Source of the DNA: a virus
Lineage: Duplodnaviria > Caudoviricetes
Virus record (IMG/VR): IMGVR_UViG_3300037440_000142
Location: 1 to 51,586 of that record
Length of the DNA stretch: 51,586 bases
Direction: 5' to 3' (one strand)
The translations under genes were made by a program, and so were the position numbers. The notes under the pieces were generated by a model. The model was not told the origin of the DNA. It did no database searches and saw only the letters and a list, made by a program, of their open reading frames with translations. Positions 27,087 to 37,143 of the stretch are shown piece after piece. The stretch's first letter is position 1, and each line of letters begins with the position of its first letter.

Positions 27087-27259
27087 AGAAATGGCGGCGC
27101 AGTGCGTCCATATAGCAAGCTATTTGCTTCGAGCGCGATTTCTTAACGTCACGCTCGATTTGATCTAGGAATGCGCGTTGCTTCGGAGTCAAGTAATAAT
27201 TCTTGGGGTTGGGCGGATTCTTTGGGCTCATGGACGAATTTTAGCACACGGATGGCAAA

Positions 27260-29446
27260 TTGGAACAAGAATTTAAATTCGATCTGACGAAGCTCCAGGA
27301 CGCCACCAATATCAACGAAATGCTCTCAGAGGAGCAGTCGCGTGAGATAGGACAGGAGGTCCACAAGGGCTACGACATCGACAAACAATCCCGCATGACG
27401 TGGGAAAAGAAGATGAAGGAGGCAACTGAACTTGCCCTCCAGATCGTACAGGACAAGTCCTATCCGTGGCCAAGCGCCAGTAATGTCAAGTTCCCGTTAT
27501 TGACGATTGCCTCGTTACAGTTCGCATCAAGAGCTTATCCGGCACTTGTTAAAGCTCCCGACCTTGTGAAATACCGGGTTCAGGGCAAGGACCCGGATGG
27601 ACAAAAGGCTTCTCGGGCCCAAAGAATCTCGACCCACATGTCCTACCAGCTACTGGACGAGGACGAGGGCTGGGAACCCGATCAGGACCGGGCTTTTCTG
27701 GCCCTTCCCATTCTGGGCTGTGTGTTCAAAAAGTCGTATTACGACACTGTTCTAGAACATAACTGTTCCCGCACGGTACTGCCGAAGAATCTTGTAGTTC
27801 ACTACTACACTCGCTCTCTTGAGGAATGTGAGCGAAAGACTGAAATCTTTGATTTGTATGAGCGCGAGATCAAGGAACGTCAGTTACGCGGCATATACAC
27901 CGAGATTGAAGACCTGGGCCCGGCCAGAATCCCGGATGTACGAGAGGAAGACAAACGACAGGGCCTGACACCGCCCATGGACGATAAAACACGTCCTCGT
28001 CAGTTACTGGAACAGCATTGCTATCTCGACCTTGATGGAGATGGCTACAAAGAACCCTATGTTGTTACGGTAGACGAATCGAGCAAGAAAGTATTTCGTA
28101 TCGTCGCGCGCTTCAAGAAGATCACGACAGAGCAATCAGTCAAGATCAAGGAACTGCAACAGCGCATCAAGGCGCTTGCGGAGGGCATACAGCAGCCAGA
28201 GGGCCAGCCTACTTTAGAGCAGGTTGCCAAGCTAAGGCAGGTAGAGGCAACCATTACTGCTCTGAACGAGCAAGTTAAGGCTCTGGCCGCAGAAAAGCCG
28301 AAAGTTCTCAGAATAGAGCCGGTAGAGCACTACACCAAGTATACGTTTATCCCGTCTCCCGATGGCGGATTCTACGATTTGGGTTTTGGCGCTCTTCTTG
28401 GTCCGCTGAATGACAGTGTAAACACGCTGATTAACCAGCTTATAGACGCTGGTAGCCTGCAAAACGGTTCCTGTGGGTTTATTGGAAAGGGCGCGAGAAT
28501 TCAGGGTGGCAAACTCAGGTTCTCACCCAATGAGTGGAAGCGAGTCAATGTTTCCGGCTCGGCTCTGAAAGAATCTATCGTGCCGCTGCCGATTAACCAG
28601 CCATCTGCGGTGTTGTTTAATCTTCTGTCTCTGCTCATCAACTATTCCGAGCGAGTGGCGTCGGTAAACGACGCGATGATGGGCGACAACCCCGGCCAGA
28701 ACACCCCTGCGTACAACATGAGTGCCATGCTGGAGCAGGGACTACAAGTATTCAATGGCATTTTCAAGCGGGTATATCGTTCATTCAGGAGCGAGCTGAG
28801 GAAGATATTCGACTTAAACGCCGTTTATCTCGACCAGGAAGTCTATTTTGAATATCAGGACGAACAAAACCGGGCCGTAAGAATCGACTACACGTCGGAT
28901 TCAAAGGATCTTATCCCCGCAGCCGATCCGAATGCTTTTTCCAACAAGGAAAAGCTGATGAAGGCCCAGATGCTGGCCGAAAGGTCCGCAATGGTGCCCG
29001 GATATGACCCCATCGTAGTTGAAAAGCGTTTGCTTGAATCTTTGGACATCCCGGACGCGGCAGAAGTCTACCCGCTGGTCCCGGAAATGGATGAAAACGG
29101 ACAAGAAACTGGAGGTATGACCCTCAAGTTCCCGCCGCAGGAAAATCCAGAAATCGCCCTGAAGAAGGCCGAGGAACAGAGGCGAACCCTGGAGGCCCAA
29201 GTTCGTCAAGCCGTGGATACGGCCAAAACTGAGGCCGACGTGTTACTCAAAGAGGCCCAGGTCGAGAAGATATATGCCGAAATCAAGATGATGGGCGAGG
29301 ACATAAATACTGACCGCATCGAATTGATTCAGAAAGAACTGAGCGACCGCAGAAAGTCTTTAGTGGAGATGGCGAAAATTGAAGATAACGCTAAGCAACG
29401 AGATGCTGACCGAGTGGCGCGAAAGTCCAGTAACGCTGCTGCTTAA
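27260..29446 (+). CDS. Portal protein
   Basis: 728 aa after terL; PWPSASNV..P.L..A..QF..RAY, FIP..DG.FY..GFG.LL; long C-terminal coiled coil. Confidence 0.88.
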   Translation: MEQEFKFDLTKLQDATNINEMLSEEQSREIGQEVHKGYDIDKQSRMTWEKKMKEATELALQIVQDKSYPWPSASNVKFPLLTIASLQFASRAYPALVKAPDLVKYRVQGKDPDGQKASRAQRISTHMSYQLLDEDEGWEPDQDRAFLALPILGCVFKKSYYDTVLEHNCSRTVLPKNLVVHYYTRSLEECERKTEIFDLYEREIKERQLRGIYTEIEDLGPARIPDVREEDKRQGLTPPMDDKTRPRQLLEQHCYLDLDGDGYKEPYVVTVDESSKKVFRIVARFKKITTEQSVKIKELQQRIKALAEGIQQPEGQPTLEQVAKLRQVEATITALNEQVKALAAEKPKVLRIEPVEHYTKYTFIPSPDGGFYDLGFGALLGPLNDSVNTLINQLIDAGSLQNGSCGFIGKGARIQGGKLRFSPNEWKRVNVSGSALKESIVPLPINQPSAVLFNLLSLLINYSERVASVNDAMMGDNPGQNTPAYNMSAMLEQGLQVFNGIFKRVYRSFRSELRKIFDLNAVYLDQEVYFEYQDEQNRAVRIDYTSDSKDLIPAADPNAFSNKEKLMKAQMLAERSAMVPGYDPIVVEKRLLESLDIPDAAEVYPLVPEMDENGQETGGMTLKFPPQENPEIALKKAEEQRRTLEAQVRQAVDTAKTEADVLLKEAQVEKIYAEIKMMGEDINTDRIELIQKELSDRRKSLVEMAKIEDNAKQRDADRVARKSSNAAA

Positions 29447-29657
29447 AGATCTTGTAGAGAAGCAGATCAAGGAACTTAAGGCAAGCAGGGCTGACGCATT
29501 TCACCCATTTGATCCGCAAAGAACCCAGGAAACGATGGCATCTATAGAGGGAGCCATTGATACATGGGAGATAGTAGCCAACCAGGTATTGGACGGCGAT
29601 TTCAGTTATGTCATGGAGGAAGCAGATGAACCAGTCAGGGATAACGCCGAAGGGTAA
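29379..29657 (+). CDS. Hypothetical head-module protein
   Basis: EW..SPVT motif; typical position after the portal. Confidence 0.6.
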   Translation: MKITLSNEMLTEWRESPVTLLLKDLVEKQIKELKASRADAFHPFDPQRTQETMASIEGAIDTWEIVANQVLDGDFSYVMEEADEPVRDNAEG

Positions 29658-30054
29658 TCGAGTTCTCGTATTACCCGACGAGATAGACGAAAAGGTATCT
29701 GAGGGTGGAATTTTCATTCCGCAACAAGTCCGCGATCAGCACGCAATGTCACAGACGACCGGTGTGTTTATTGCAGCCGGACCTGATGCGTGGACACATT
29801 CGATACAAATCAAGTACCGGATGATTGACGGCGCATGGAAGCCCGCCGAGAAGACCGTTACGGGATATTCCGAGCCATTCGCAAAACCCGGTGAGCGGGT
29901 GGTTTTTGCAAAGTTCGGAGGGTTGGATGTCAAGGGTGTCGATGGCAAGAAGTATCGCATCTTGAACGATGAAGACATTACCACCGGAGCCACAGAGGAA
30001 GTGGAATTTACCGATCTCAAGTCAAGGAAGGCATTAGGAGCAAGTCATGTCTAA
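29626..30054 (+). CDS. groES: GroES/Cpn10-like co-chaperonin
   Basis: P.GNRVLV..EK..GGIFIP..G..IAAGP..KPGERVVFAKFGG..DGKKYRILNDEDI. Confidence 0.85.
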   Translation: MNQSGITPKGNRVLVLPDEIDEKVSEGGIFIPQQVRDQHAMSQTTGVFIAAGPDAWTHSIQIKYRMIDGAWKPAEKTVTGYSEPFAKPGERVVFAKFGGLDVKGVDGKKYRILNDEDITTGATEEVEFTDLKSRKALGASHV

Positions 30055-30226
30055 TATTAAGCAGCTACTGATCGATCTCGGAGATTCTCACAAGGAGTTT
30101 GCGAAGGACCTACTGGTTTTTACAAACAAGGATTCTGATCCGAGAGCGGCCAAGATCGCGAGCGAGGCAATTGAGAAGTCACTTGCCGCCGCCGACGAGA
30201 TCTCGGCGCTTGTTAAGTCCATTTAA
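30047..30226 (+). CDS. Hypothetical protein
   Basis: AGGAG SD; 59-aa helical ORF. Confidence 0.55.
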   Translation: MSNIKQLLIDLGDSHKEFAKDLLVFTNKDSDPRAAKIASEAIEKSLAAADEISALVKSI

Positions 30227-30251
30227 TAATTTTTAGATAGGAGGCTCAGGG

Positions 30252-30992
30252 ATGAGCGAAGAAAGGAATTTTGAGACAGAAGCCCGTCAACAGGGCTGGG
30301 TAGGCAAGGAAGATTTCAAGGGCGATCCCGAGAAATGGACGGACGCGCAGTCGTTTGTCGAGAAGGGCGAGAAGATCGCCGGTATCGCGAACAAGCGCGC
30401 GAGGGAATTGAAGGATCTTCTAGACCAGACGCGCGAAACCAATCGTCAGGCTAGTGAGCACTTCAAGAAAACCCTTGAGCGCGAGCGCAAGGAACACGAA
30501 TCCGAGATCAAGCGCCTTACCGAGGTTCGCAAGAAGGCAATTACAGACGGTGACGGAGATACGTTTACACGAGCCGACGAGCGCCTTAACGAGCTTCGTA
30601 AGGATACGCCCACAGAGGTTGATCCCGAGAAGGCTAAATATGACCGCCTTGCCACTCAATGGGCATCCGATAACGACTGGTACGGACAGAATGGAAAGCT
30701 CACTGGCTATGCGGACGGCATTGCCGAGCGCGTTGCCAACGAGGGCTACAGCGGGAAGGCGTATTTCACGGAGCTTACGCGCCGCGTGAAAGAGGAATTT
30801 CCCGAAGAATTCAAGAATCCTAACCGGGGCAAGGCCAATGGCGTTGAATCCGGTGGTGAGAAAGGAAGCAATAGCAAGGCTAAATCCTACGAGAATCTTC
30901 CGGCAGATGCGAAGAAAGCGTGTGACAAGTTCGTGCGCGACATTCCAAATTACAAGCGGGAAGATTATCTAAACACGTATGAGTGGGAGTAA
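30252..30992 (+). CDS. Capsid scaffolding protein
   Basis: EARQQGW..E.FKGDPEKW.DA..FV; charged coiled coil; upstream of the capsid genes. Confidence 0.7.
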   Translation: MSEERNFETEARQQGWVGKEDFKGDPEKWTDAQSFVEKGEKIAGIANKRARELKDLLDQTRETNRQASEHFKKTLERERKEHESEIKRLTEVRKKAITDGDGDTFTRADERLNELRKDTPTEVDPEKAKYDRLATQWASDNDWYGQNGKLTGYADGIAERVANEGYSGKAYFTELTRRVKEEFPEEFKNPNRGKANGVESGGEKGSNSKAKSYENLPADAKKACDKFVRDIPNYKREDYLNTYEWE

Positions 30993-30996
30993 GAAC

Positions 30997-31452
30997 ATGA
31001 CAAACGCAAGGAAGCAAACACAAAAGGAAGGGAAGCGAGAGCGAGTTCCGTTCGGTGCGAATCGACAGAAACTCTCAGTCAGACAGAATTTTCCGGGTTA
31101 CGTGTTGCGATGGGTCAACGACACCGAGAGTCGTCTTGAGGAAGCGCAGGCGGGCGGATATGTATTCGTCTCCAAAGCGGAGCTTGGCGAGACTCTTGGC
31201 GAAGGACAGATTCATCAGGAAAACACGGACCTGAATTCACGAGTCAGCAAAGTCGTAAGCAAGGGGGTTGATAGCCCCATTCGTGCTTACCTCATGAAGA
31301 TCAAGGAAGCCTGGTACAAGGCCGATCAGAAGGAAAAGGAGTTGCGCAACCAGGAGGTTGACAACGCTATCCAGAGAGGCCGTGCCGGTGGCGCTGCAAT
31401 TGACAATCAGTATACGCCAAGGGGTGGGGGTATAACTCTCCAGCGCCCGTAA
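30997..31452 (+). CDS. Conserved head-module protein
   Basis: PGY..RWVND..R..GGY.FV..AYLMKI..WY. Confidence 0.7.
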   Translation: MTNARKQTQKEGKRERVPFGANRQKLSVRQNFPGYVLRWVNDTESRLEEAQAGGYVFVSKAELGETLGEGQIHQENTDLNSRVSKVVSKGVDSPIRAYLMKIKEAWYKADQKEKELRNQEVDNAIQRGRAGGAAIDNQYTPRGGGITLQRP

Positions 31453-31517
31453 GTTACTCGGGCATCTTTGGCCCGATTTCAATGCAGCTTTTCTTACATT
31501 TCAAAAGGAATTGAAAT

Positions 31518-32084
31518 ATGGCTAATGCAGATGCCCCTTTTGGTTTTCGTCCGGTAAGTGCCCAAGGAGGGCCATACACCGGAGTAACCTACAGGTGCTA
31601 TGTGCCGACTACAGCTTCGGAGGGTCCCCTGTTCGTAGGTGACGTTGTGACGCTGATCGGTAGCGCCTCGACCGACGGTTATCCGTCTGTCAAAGAGGCT
31701 GCTGCTACGGAAGAGGCGTATGGTGTTGTTGCATCGTTCGATGCTGAACCGACTAATCTCGGACTTCAGTATCGCGCGGCATCGACTGCACGATATGCAC
31801 AGATTGTTCCGGTTCGGAATAATTTCTTCGTAGCGCAGTTCGACGGGGTTAGCGAAGCCAACGATGTAGGTACTAATACGATCTATGTTGTTGGTGCGGG
31901 CTCGACGGTTACGGGACGTTCCACCACGGAACTTTCTGCGACTAGTGTCGGTACGTCTATCGCTGACGAAATCAAAATCATTGCCTTCCTCGACTCACCG
32001 GACAACGATCTCACCTTGACGAATGCCAAGGCGATTGTTCAGTTCAACGAGCCGCAGCTTGGCTATAGAACGGTAGGAGTATAA
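31518..32084 (+). CDS. Capsid decoration/cement protein
   Basis: MANADAPFGFRPV..LFVGD.V..GST.TG.S; immediately upstream of the major capsid gene. Confidence 0.7.
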   Translation: MANADAPFGFRPVSAQGGPYTGVTYRCYVPTTASEGPLFVGDVVTLIGSASTDGYPSVKEAAATEEAYGVVASFDAEPTNLGLQYRAASTARYAQIVPVRNNFFVAQFDGVSEANDVGTNTIYVVGAGSTVTGRSTTELSATSVGTSIADEIKIIAFLDSPDNDLTLTNAKAIVQFNEPQLGYRTVGV

Positions 32085-32087
32085 GGC

Positions 32088-32993
32088 ATGGCCGTTATTA
32101 CAACTGGCGCCCATCCCAAAGCACTCTGGCCGGGTGTCTATGGCTGGTTTGGGGCAAAGTACAACGAGCACGACAAGGAATATACCCAACTGTTCGATAT
32201 CAAATCTTCGAGTAAGAATTTCGAGGAACTGGTTGAGAACAAGGGATTTGGTCTCGCACCCGTCAAGCCGGAAGGCTCATCGACGGTGTACGAAGGTCAG
32301 CTCCAGGGTTATACCTCGCGGTTCTTGCATGTCGCATATTCTCTTGGTTACGTCGTAACCAAAGAGGAGCTGGCGGATAACCTCTATTCAGAGGTCTCCA
32401 GTGCCCGTGCAGAAAATCTCGCGTTCTCGGTACGTCAGACAGAGGAAAATGTTGGTGCAAACGTGTACAACCGGGCAACAAACGGTACGTACACGGGCGG
32501 CGACGCAGTGTCGTTGCTTTCCGCATCTCATCCGTCCGATGCTGGCAATCAGTCCAACATTATCAGCGTAGCGGCAGACTTTTCCGAGGCTGCACTTGAG
32601 GATTTGACCATTCAGATCATGAATGCGTTGAGCCCCAAGGGCCTTAAGATAAGCCTTCGCCCAACCGCCCTGATTGGTCCGGTCAATCTTGTGTATGACT
32701 TCGAGCGTGTCCTGAAGTCTACTCTTCGGACTGATTCGGCCAATAATGATCTCAACGCTCTGCGAAGCGTCGGCATCATACCGAAAGCGGTTGTCAATCA
32801 TTACCTCACGGATACTGACGCATGGTTCCTCCGAACCGATGCGCCGAAGGGTCTGTGCTGGTTTGATCGTGCTGCGGTCGAGTTCTCTAAGGACGAGGAT
32901 TTCGATACCGACAATGCTAAGGCGAAAGTTTACCGTCGCTTTTCGACCGGATGGTCGGACTGGCGCGGTGTCTACGGCTCTGCCGGAGCCTGA
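32088..32993 (+). CDS. Major capsid protein
   Basis: LWPGV..WFG..Y, FGLAPVK.EG, Y.LGY.VT.E..DNLY, NHYLTD.DAWFL.TD, R.S.GWSDWRG.YGS.GA; strong terminator follows. Confidence 0.9.
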   Translation: MAVITTGAHPKALWPGVYGWFGAKYNEHDKEYTQLFDIKSSSKNFEELVENKGFGLAPVKPEGSSTVYEGQLQGYTSRFLHVAYSLGYVVTKEELADNLYSEVSSARAENLAFSVRQTEENVGANVYNRATNGTYTGGDAVSLLSASHPSDAGNQSNIISVAADFSEAALEDLTIQIMNALSPKGLKISLRPTALIGPVNLVYDFERVLKSTLRTDSANNDLNALRSVGIIPKAVVNHYLTDTDAWFLRTDAPKGLCWFDRAAVEFSKDEDFDTDNAKAKVYRRFSTGWSDWRGVYGSAGA

Positions 32994-33004
32994 GTTAGCA
33001 AACA

Positions 33005-33031
33005 GGAAGGGGCTTCGGCCCCTTTCTTTTT
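33005..33031 (+). terminator. Intrinsic terminator after the capsid gene
   Basis: AAGGGGC-TTCG-GCCCCTT followed by TCTTTTT. Confidence 0.85.
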
Positions 33032-33082
33032 CACTGTAACTTTTTCTACGGACCCTAACGGGTTTACAGGGATGTAATTGAA

Positions 33083-34003
33083 ATGAGTGATTATCCGAAT
33101 GGATTTGCACAGGGGATTACGATTCGCGGCGTGCCGCTGACCGTATCTAACCCTGGACAGGTGTTCTGGGTGAACGGATCGTCCGCCCTTGCACCGAGAG
33201 GAATTGGCGGCTCTAACGGCAATCCTGGTACGTACCAGAAGCCGTTTGCCACTATCGACTACGCCGTTGGAAGGTGTACCGCTAATCGCGGTGACATTAT
33301 CATGGTTATGCCGGGACATTCGGAGACGATTTCGTCTGCGACTTCTCTGGTACTTGACGTGGATGGTGTGGCTGTTATCGGTCTTGGAACTGGTTCGGAT
33401 CGTCCTGACCTGAACTTCAGTAATACCGCAGGATCGGTCGAGATCGATGGAGCCAACGTCACCCTCTACAACCTGACTTTCACTGCTGATGTATCGGCGG
33501 TCGTGGTTGGTGTGAATGTGGATGGTAACTACGCGACTATCGACAATTGCGAGTTCAACTTCAACGAGACCGGTGATGATTTTGTCACCATGATCGATGC
33601 TGATGCTGTTACTGGCACCGCTATCACAAATAGCCGATTCATTTCGGAAGCAATAACCGGGGCGGCTGAAGCCATTCGTATCGACACCGTACCTGAGGCT
33701 GTAATCACTGGAAACTTTTTCTCTGGTGATTTCTCGGATGGAGCGATTATAGGAGAAGGCGCTGCTTCACTTCGTATTCTTATTGCAGACAATTACGTCT
33801 ACAACTCTGATACGACTGGTGGAGAGGGCATTGACCTGAACGTCGCATGTACTGGCCTGATCGTCAATAACAGGCTCGGCTCTCTGTTCACCACAGCACC
33901 GGAAACCACTTTCGATCCTGGTTCTTGCCTGTGTCTTGAGAACTATTGCGCGAATGCAATTGATGAGTCAGGAACTATTGTTCCGCCGACTATCAGCACG
34001 TAA
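33083..34003 (+). CDS. Beta-helix virion protein (head spike or fibre candidate)
   Basis: PFATIDYAV..ANRGD.I.V.PGH.E followed by parallel beta-helix repeats. Confidence 0.7.
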   Translation: MSDYPNGFAQGITIRGVPLTVSNPGQVFWVNGSSALAPRGIGGSNGNPGTYQKPFATIDYAVGRCTANRGDIIMVMPGHSETISSATSLVLDVDGVAVIGLGTGSDRPDLNFSNTAGSVEIDGANVTLYNLTFTADVSAVVVGVNVDGNYATIDNCEFNFNETGDDFVTMIDADAVTGTAITNSRFISEAITGAAEAIRIDTVPEAVITGNFFSGDFSDGAIIGEGAASLRILIADNYVYNSDTTGGEGIDLNVACTGLIVNNRLGSLFTTAPETTFDPGSCLCLENYCANAIDESGTIVPPTIST

Positions 34004-34071
34004 TCGAACGCCGCCTTCATAGAGCCGCCCCGAAAGCGGCTATCAGGGAGGAATCACGGTAAGTAGGTGCT

Positions 34072-34097
34072 TGGGGCCTTCGGGCCCCATTCTTTTT
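34072..34097 (+). terminator. Intrinsic terminator
   Basis: TGGGGCC-TTCG-GGCCCCA followed by TTCTTTTT. Confidence 0.8.
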
Positions 34098-34111
34098 AGC
34101 TAGGAGAGACA

Positions 34112-34720
34112 GTGAAGGTTGCCATCCTCGCCAACGGGCGAACGAACCAGAACTACACCAACAACCCCACGATCACGAAATACGATCAGTTATGGGGTCT
34201 TAACCAGATAGCGACATGGAAGGGTATCAAATTAGATAAATGCTTCGTCATGGACGACTTGAAGCTACGAATGCCTTACTACGCCGGACAGGATTTTGTC
34301 GAGTGGCTGAAAACCTACGACCGGCCAATTATAACCTCTAGGGCATATCCTGAGTGGCCTACGTCAGAGGCGTACCCGATAAAGGAAGTGGCTCACTATT
34401 TCGGATTGCCATTGGGCATTTCGATGTATTCGACTCCCGATTACATGATTGCCCTTGCGATCATGGGTGGGGCCACTCGTATTGACCTGTTCGGAGTCGA
34501 TATGGTGGATAAGGGACTTCCCGAAATGATTATGGGCACCGCGCAATGGATAGGCGCGGCCCATGCAAGGGGAGTTCTGGTAAGGACGTTTGTCGGCAGC
34601 ATCTTCCAGTTCGTAACCAATCCCGGTGTGGGCATGGAGTGTGGCCTGTATGGCTATGCCAAGAGACCGCGTATCGAGGATCTGGTTAACACGGATTACT
34701 ACGCGGAGTGGGCGCAATGA
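34112..34720 (+). CDS. Maf/DUF115-like putative transferase
   Basis: VAILANG..WGLN..F.MD..YP..YMIALAI..G..I.LFGVDM..G.A..RGV.V. Confidence 0.55.
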   Translation: MKVAILANGRTNQNYTNNPTITKYDQLWGLNQIATWKGIKLDKCFVMDDLKLRMPYYAGQDFVEWLKTYDRPIITSRAYPEWPTSEAYPIKEVAHYFGLPLGISMYSTPDYMIALAIMGGATRIDLFGVDMVDKGLPEMIMGTAQWIGAAHARGVLVRTFVGSIFQFVTNPGVGMECGLYGYAKRPRIEDLVNTDYYAEWAQ

Positions 34721-34992
34721 AGGGGTCATACTTTGAATGCGCCCTTGCTCTTAATGATGCGCGAATAAAGGTTGAGCAGTATCGCAAGTTGCTACTGACA
34801 GAGCTTCGGCGGCAGCAATGGGGCGATGACGCTATTGATGAAATGTTGCAAGAGGCTGGACTGCCATTGTTAGGGCAAGGGCCCTGCAAAGTGTGCGGAG
34901 AAATCCAGTACCACCGAGGAAGCTGCGCAGATCAGAACGCCCTTCTTGATTACCCGTATGGCAAATATCCTGTGGAACAGGACTCGCGATGA
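34717..34992 (+). CDS. Hypothetical protein
   Basis: ATGA-coupled on both sides; CKVC..H..C motif. Confidence 0.5.
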   Translation: MKGSYFECALALNDARIKVEQYRKLLLTELRRQQWGDDAIDEMLQEAGLPLLGQGPCKVCGEIQYHRGSCADQNALLDYPYGKYPVEQDSR

Positions 34993-35726
34993 GAGCCGTT
35001 AGGCTGCTCGAATATGCCCTGACCAAAGAGCCACAGACAGTATTAGATGTAGGCGGCGGACAGGGCTCACATGCTATCTCGTTTCTGGCTCATGGATGCC
35101 GGGTAACGGGTCTGGACGTAAGAGAGCCGAAAAGGCCGTTACAGCACCCCCTGTACGAGCAAATCCTGTCCCCCTACGAAAAGGCGGATTTGGGAGATAG
35201 AAAGTTTGACATGGTGTGGTGTTCTCACACTCTCGAACACGTCCCGAACGTACAGCATTTCCTGATCTTCCTTCGTCACTATCTGAAGGAAGACGGCTAT
35301 CTTGCAATCGCAGTACCAACCAGCAGACAGAATCGAATACACATAGGGCATTTGTCCTTATGGACTCCAGCTCACCTGATTTACAACCTGATATGTGCTG
35401 GCTGGGATTGCAAGAAGTCCGAGTGGTATACGGAATATCTGTCTATCGGACTGATTGTGCAAAAAACAGCGGAGATAGATCTTAGCTGGCGCACGTCATT
35501 GCCGAGCGAGATTTTCGACTTGAACCGGTACACACCCAAATCAATGCACCACGAGGACGGCGCATGGTGGGGTAATAACTGGCCAGAGCCGTTCGAATCC
35601 AATCGGATTCAGGATCCGCCGTTCGTCACGATAGGACATGCAAAAACATCAATGGAGCCAGAGATCAAATTGGCCTTTGGCCCTAACCCTGCTTTGAGGA
35701 AAAGGAATGGCACACAAATTACTTGA
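34989..35726 (+). CDS. Class I SAM-dependent methyltransferase
   Basis: VLDVGGGQG, VTGLD, FDMVWCSHTLEHV, LKEDGYLAIAVP, GHL. Confidence 0.85.
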   Translation: MRAVRLLEYALTKEPQTVLDVGGGQGSHAISFLAHGCRVTGLDVREPKRPLQHPLYEQILSPYEKADLGDRKFDMVWCSHTLEHVPNVQHFLIFLRHYLKEDGYLAIAVPTSRQNRIHIGHLSLWTPAHLIYNLICAGWDCKKSEWYTEYLSIGLIVQKTAEIDLSWRTSLPSEIFDLNRYTPKSMHHEDGAWWGNNWPEPFESNRIQDPPFVTIGHAKTSMEPEIKLAFGPNPALRKRNGTQIT

Positions 35727-36045
35727 TGCGGCTGCTGCTACAGGAGCCAGTTCGTCCGTCAAGGTCGGATCTACACCCGCGAAGCATACCGTACACGCGA
35801 CGATGGGCGGCACCGTCGTTGCTTCGGCTGTTACGGTAGACCTTGAGGGCAGTCTGGACGATGCAACCTGGTTCACGCTGGCTTCTCACGCCTTTTCTGC
35901 GGGAGAGATAACTGCCGAACAGGCGATGTTCCACGTGGTCGATAAGCCGGTCCGGTATGTAAGGGCCAATCTCACCACGCTGACTGGCGGTACTGACCCA
36001 ACTGTTACGGTTTTGTATGAGCCCGGCGACTTTGTGACGCCGTAA
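35707..36045 (+). CDS. Small beta-sandwich virion protein
   Basis: VDLEGSLDDATWF..RYVRA. Confidence 0.65.
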   Translation: MAHKLLDAAAATGASSSVKVGSTPAKHTVHATMGGTVVASAVTVDLEGSLDDATWFTLASHAFSAGEITAEQAMFHVVDKPVRYVRANLTTLTGGTDPTVTVLYEPGDFVTP

Positions 36046-36209
36046 TGGCTACAGAAATTTACCAGCCCATGCAGCCTACTGTGACAACCGTTGTGTATGG
36101 TCTTGGAACTGATGTTACAGGCTCGTCTGTTTACGATGATCCGAATGACGTGGTGTTCGCCGGCGACCTGCATCTTGCCGGACAGAATGTCTCGATAGAG
36201 GTTGCGTGA
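36045..36209 (+). CDS. Small putative virion protein with one G.L.L.G repeat
   Basis: TAATG and TGATG coupling on both sides; C-terminal AGDLHLAGQNVSIEVA. Confidence 0.55.
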   Translation: MATEIYQPMQPTVTTVVYGLGTDVTGSSVYDDPNDVVFAGDLHLAGQNVSIEVA

Positions 36210-37135
36210 TGGCGGTATCTGGCTCCAAGAATTTTGCCGTTACGAGAGCGCAGATAATCGAGGGTGCGTTACGCAAACTAGGAGAATACGATCAGGGCGT
36301 GGCTCCTTCTGGTGATGACACGGCAGCAGCAGCCTTTGCCTTGAACTCAATGGTTAAGGAATGGGTGGCCGATGGAGCGGACTTGTTTCTCAGGGATGAG
36401 ATCACCCTTTTTTTACAACCCGGAACGACCAATTATTCATTGGGCGGAACCGCCAATGCGACACTCTCATACGTAGAAACGACGTTAAGTGCCGCCGCTG
36501 CGTCTGGTGCTACCACTATCAGTCTGACATCAACTACCGGCATGACTGCCGCTGACAATATCGGAATCAAGCTTGATGATGACTCAATTCACTGGACAAC
36601 CATATCGGACGTTAGCACAACCACAATTGCTTCTGGACTTGCTAGCGCAGCATCTTCTGGAAATAAGGTCTATACCTACACCACGGCAGCCGGAAGACCG
36701 CAAAAGATCCTGTTTGCCTACAGGCGCGATGTAAACGGGTTAGACACGGAAGTCACTATCGTTGGTGAGAACGAATATCAACGACAGTCGGACAAGGATT
36801 CGTCCGGCCCGCCTGTAGAGCTTTACTACCGCCAAACCCTATCCAGCGGGACCCTGTTTGTATGGCCCACAGACGGGGGCGCTACTTGGGACAAGCTGAT
36901 ATTGATTTCTCAGTTTGTACCCGATGACTTCGATACTGCGTCGAACAATCCAGGATTTCCGATTGAATGGACTAACGCCCTTGTGTGGGGATTGGCAGCG
37001 GAACTTGGACCGGAATATGGCATTGGAGGGCGCGAGTTGCAGGGATTATGGGCGGTATCTCAACAGAAGCTCGACAAGATGCTTGATTATGATGTCGAGG
37101 GAGCTTCAGTGATCTTCGGCCTAGATGTTCGATAG
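36209..37135 (+). CDS. Head-tail adaptor (P22 gp4-like) with inserted beta domain
   Basis: II..ALRKLG..LN.M..W, G.P..YY..L.VWP, FP.EW..AL.WGLA.EL.PEYG. Confidence 0.75.
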   Translation: MAVSGSKNFAVTRAQIIEGALRKLGEYDQGVAPSGDDTAAAAFALNSMVKEWVADGADLFLRDEITLFLQPGTTNYSLGGTANATLSYVETTLSAAAASGATTISLTSTTGMTAADNIGIKLDDDSIHWTTISDVSTTTIASGLASAASSGNKVYTYTTAAGRPQKILFAYRRDVNGLDTEVTIVGENEYQRQSDKDSSGPPVELYYRQTLSSGTLFVWPTDGGATWDKLILISQFVPDDFDTASNNPGFPIEWTNALVWGLAAELGPEYGIGGRELQGLWAVSQQKLDKMLDYDVEGASVIFGLDVR

Positions 37136-37143
37136 GTGTCGCC

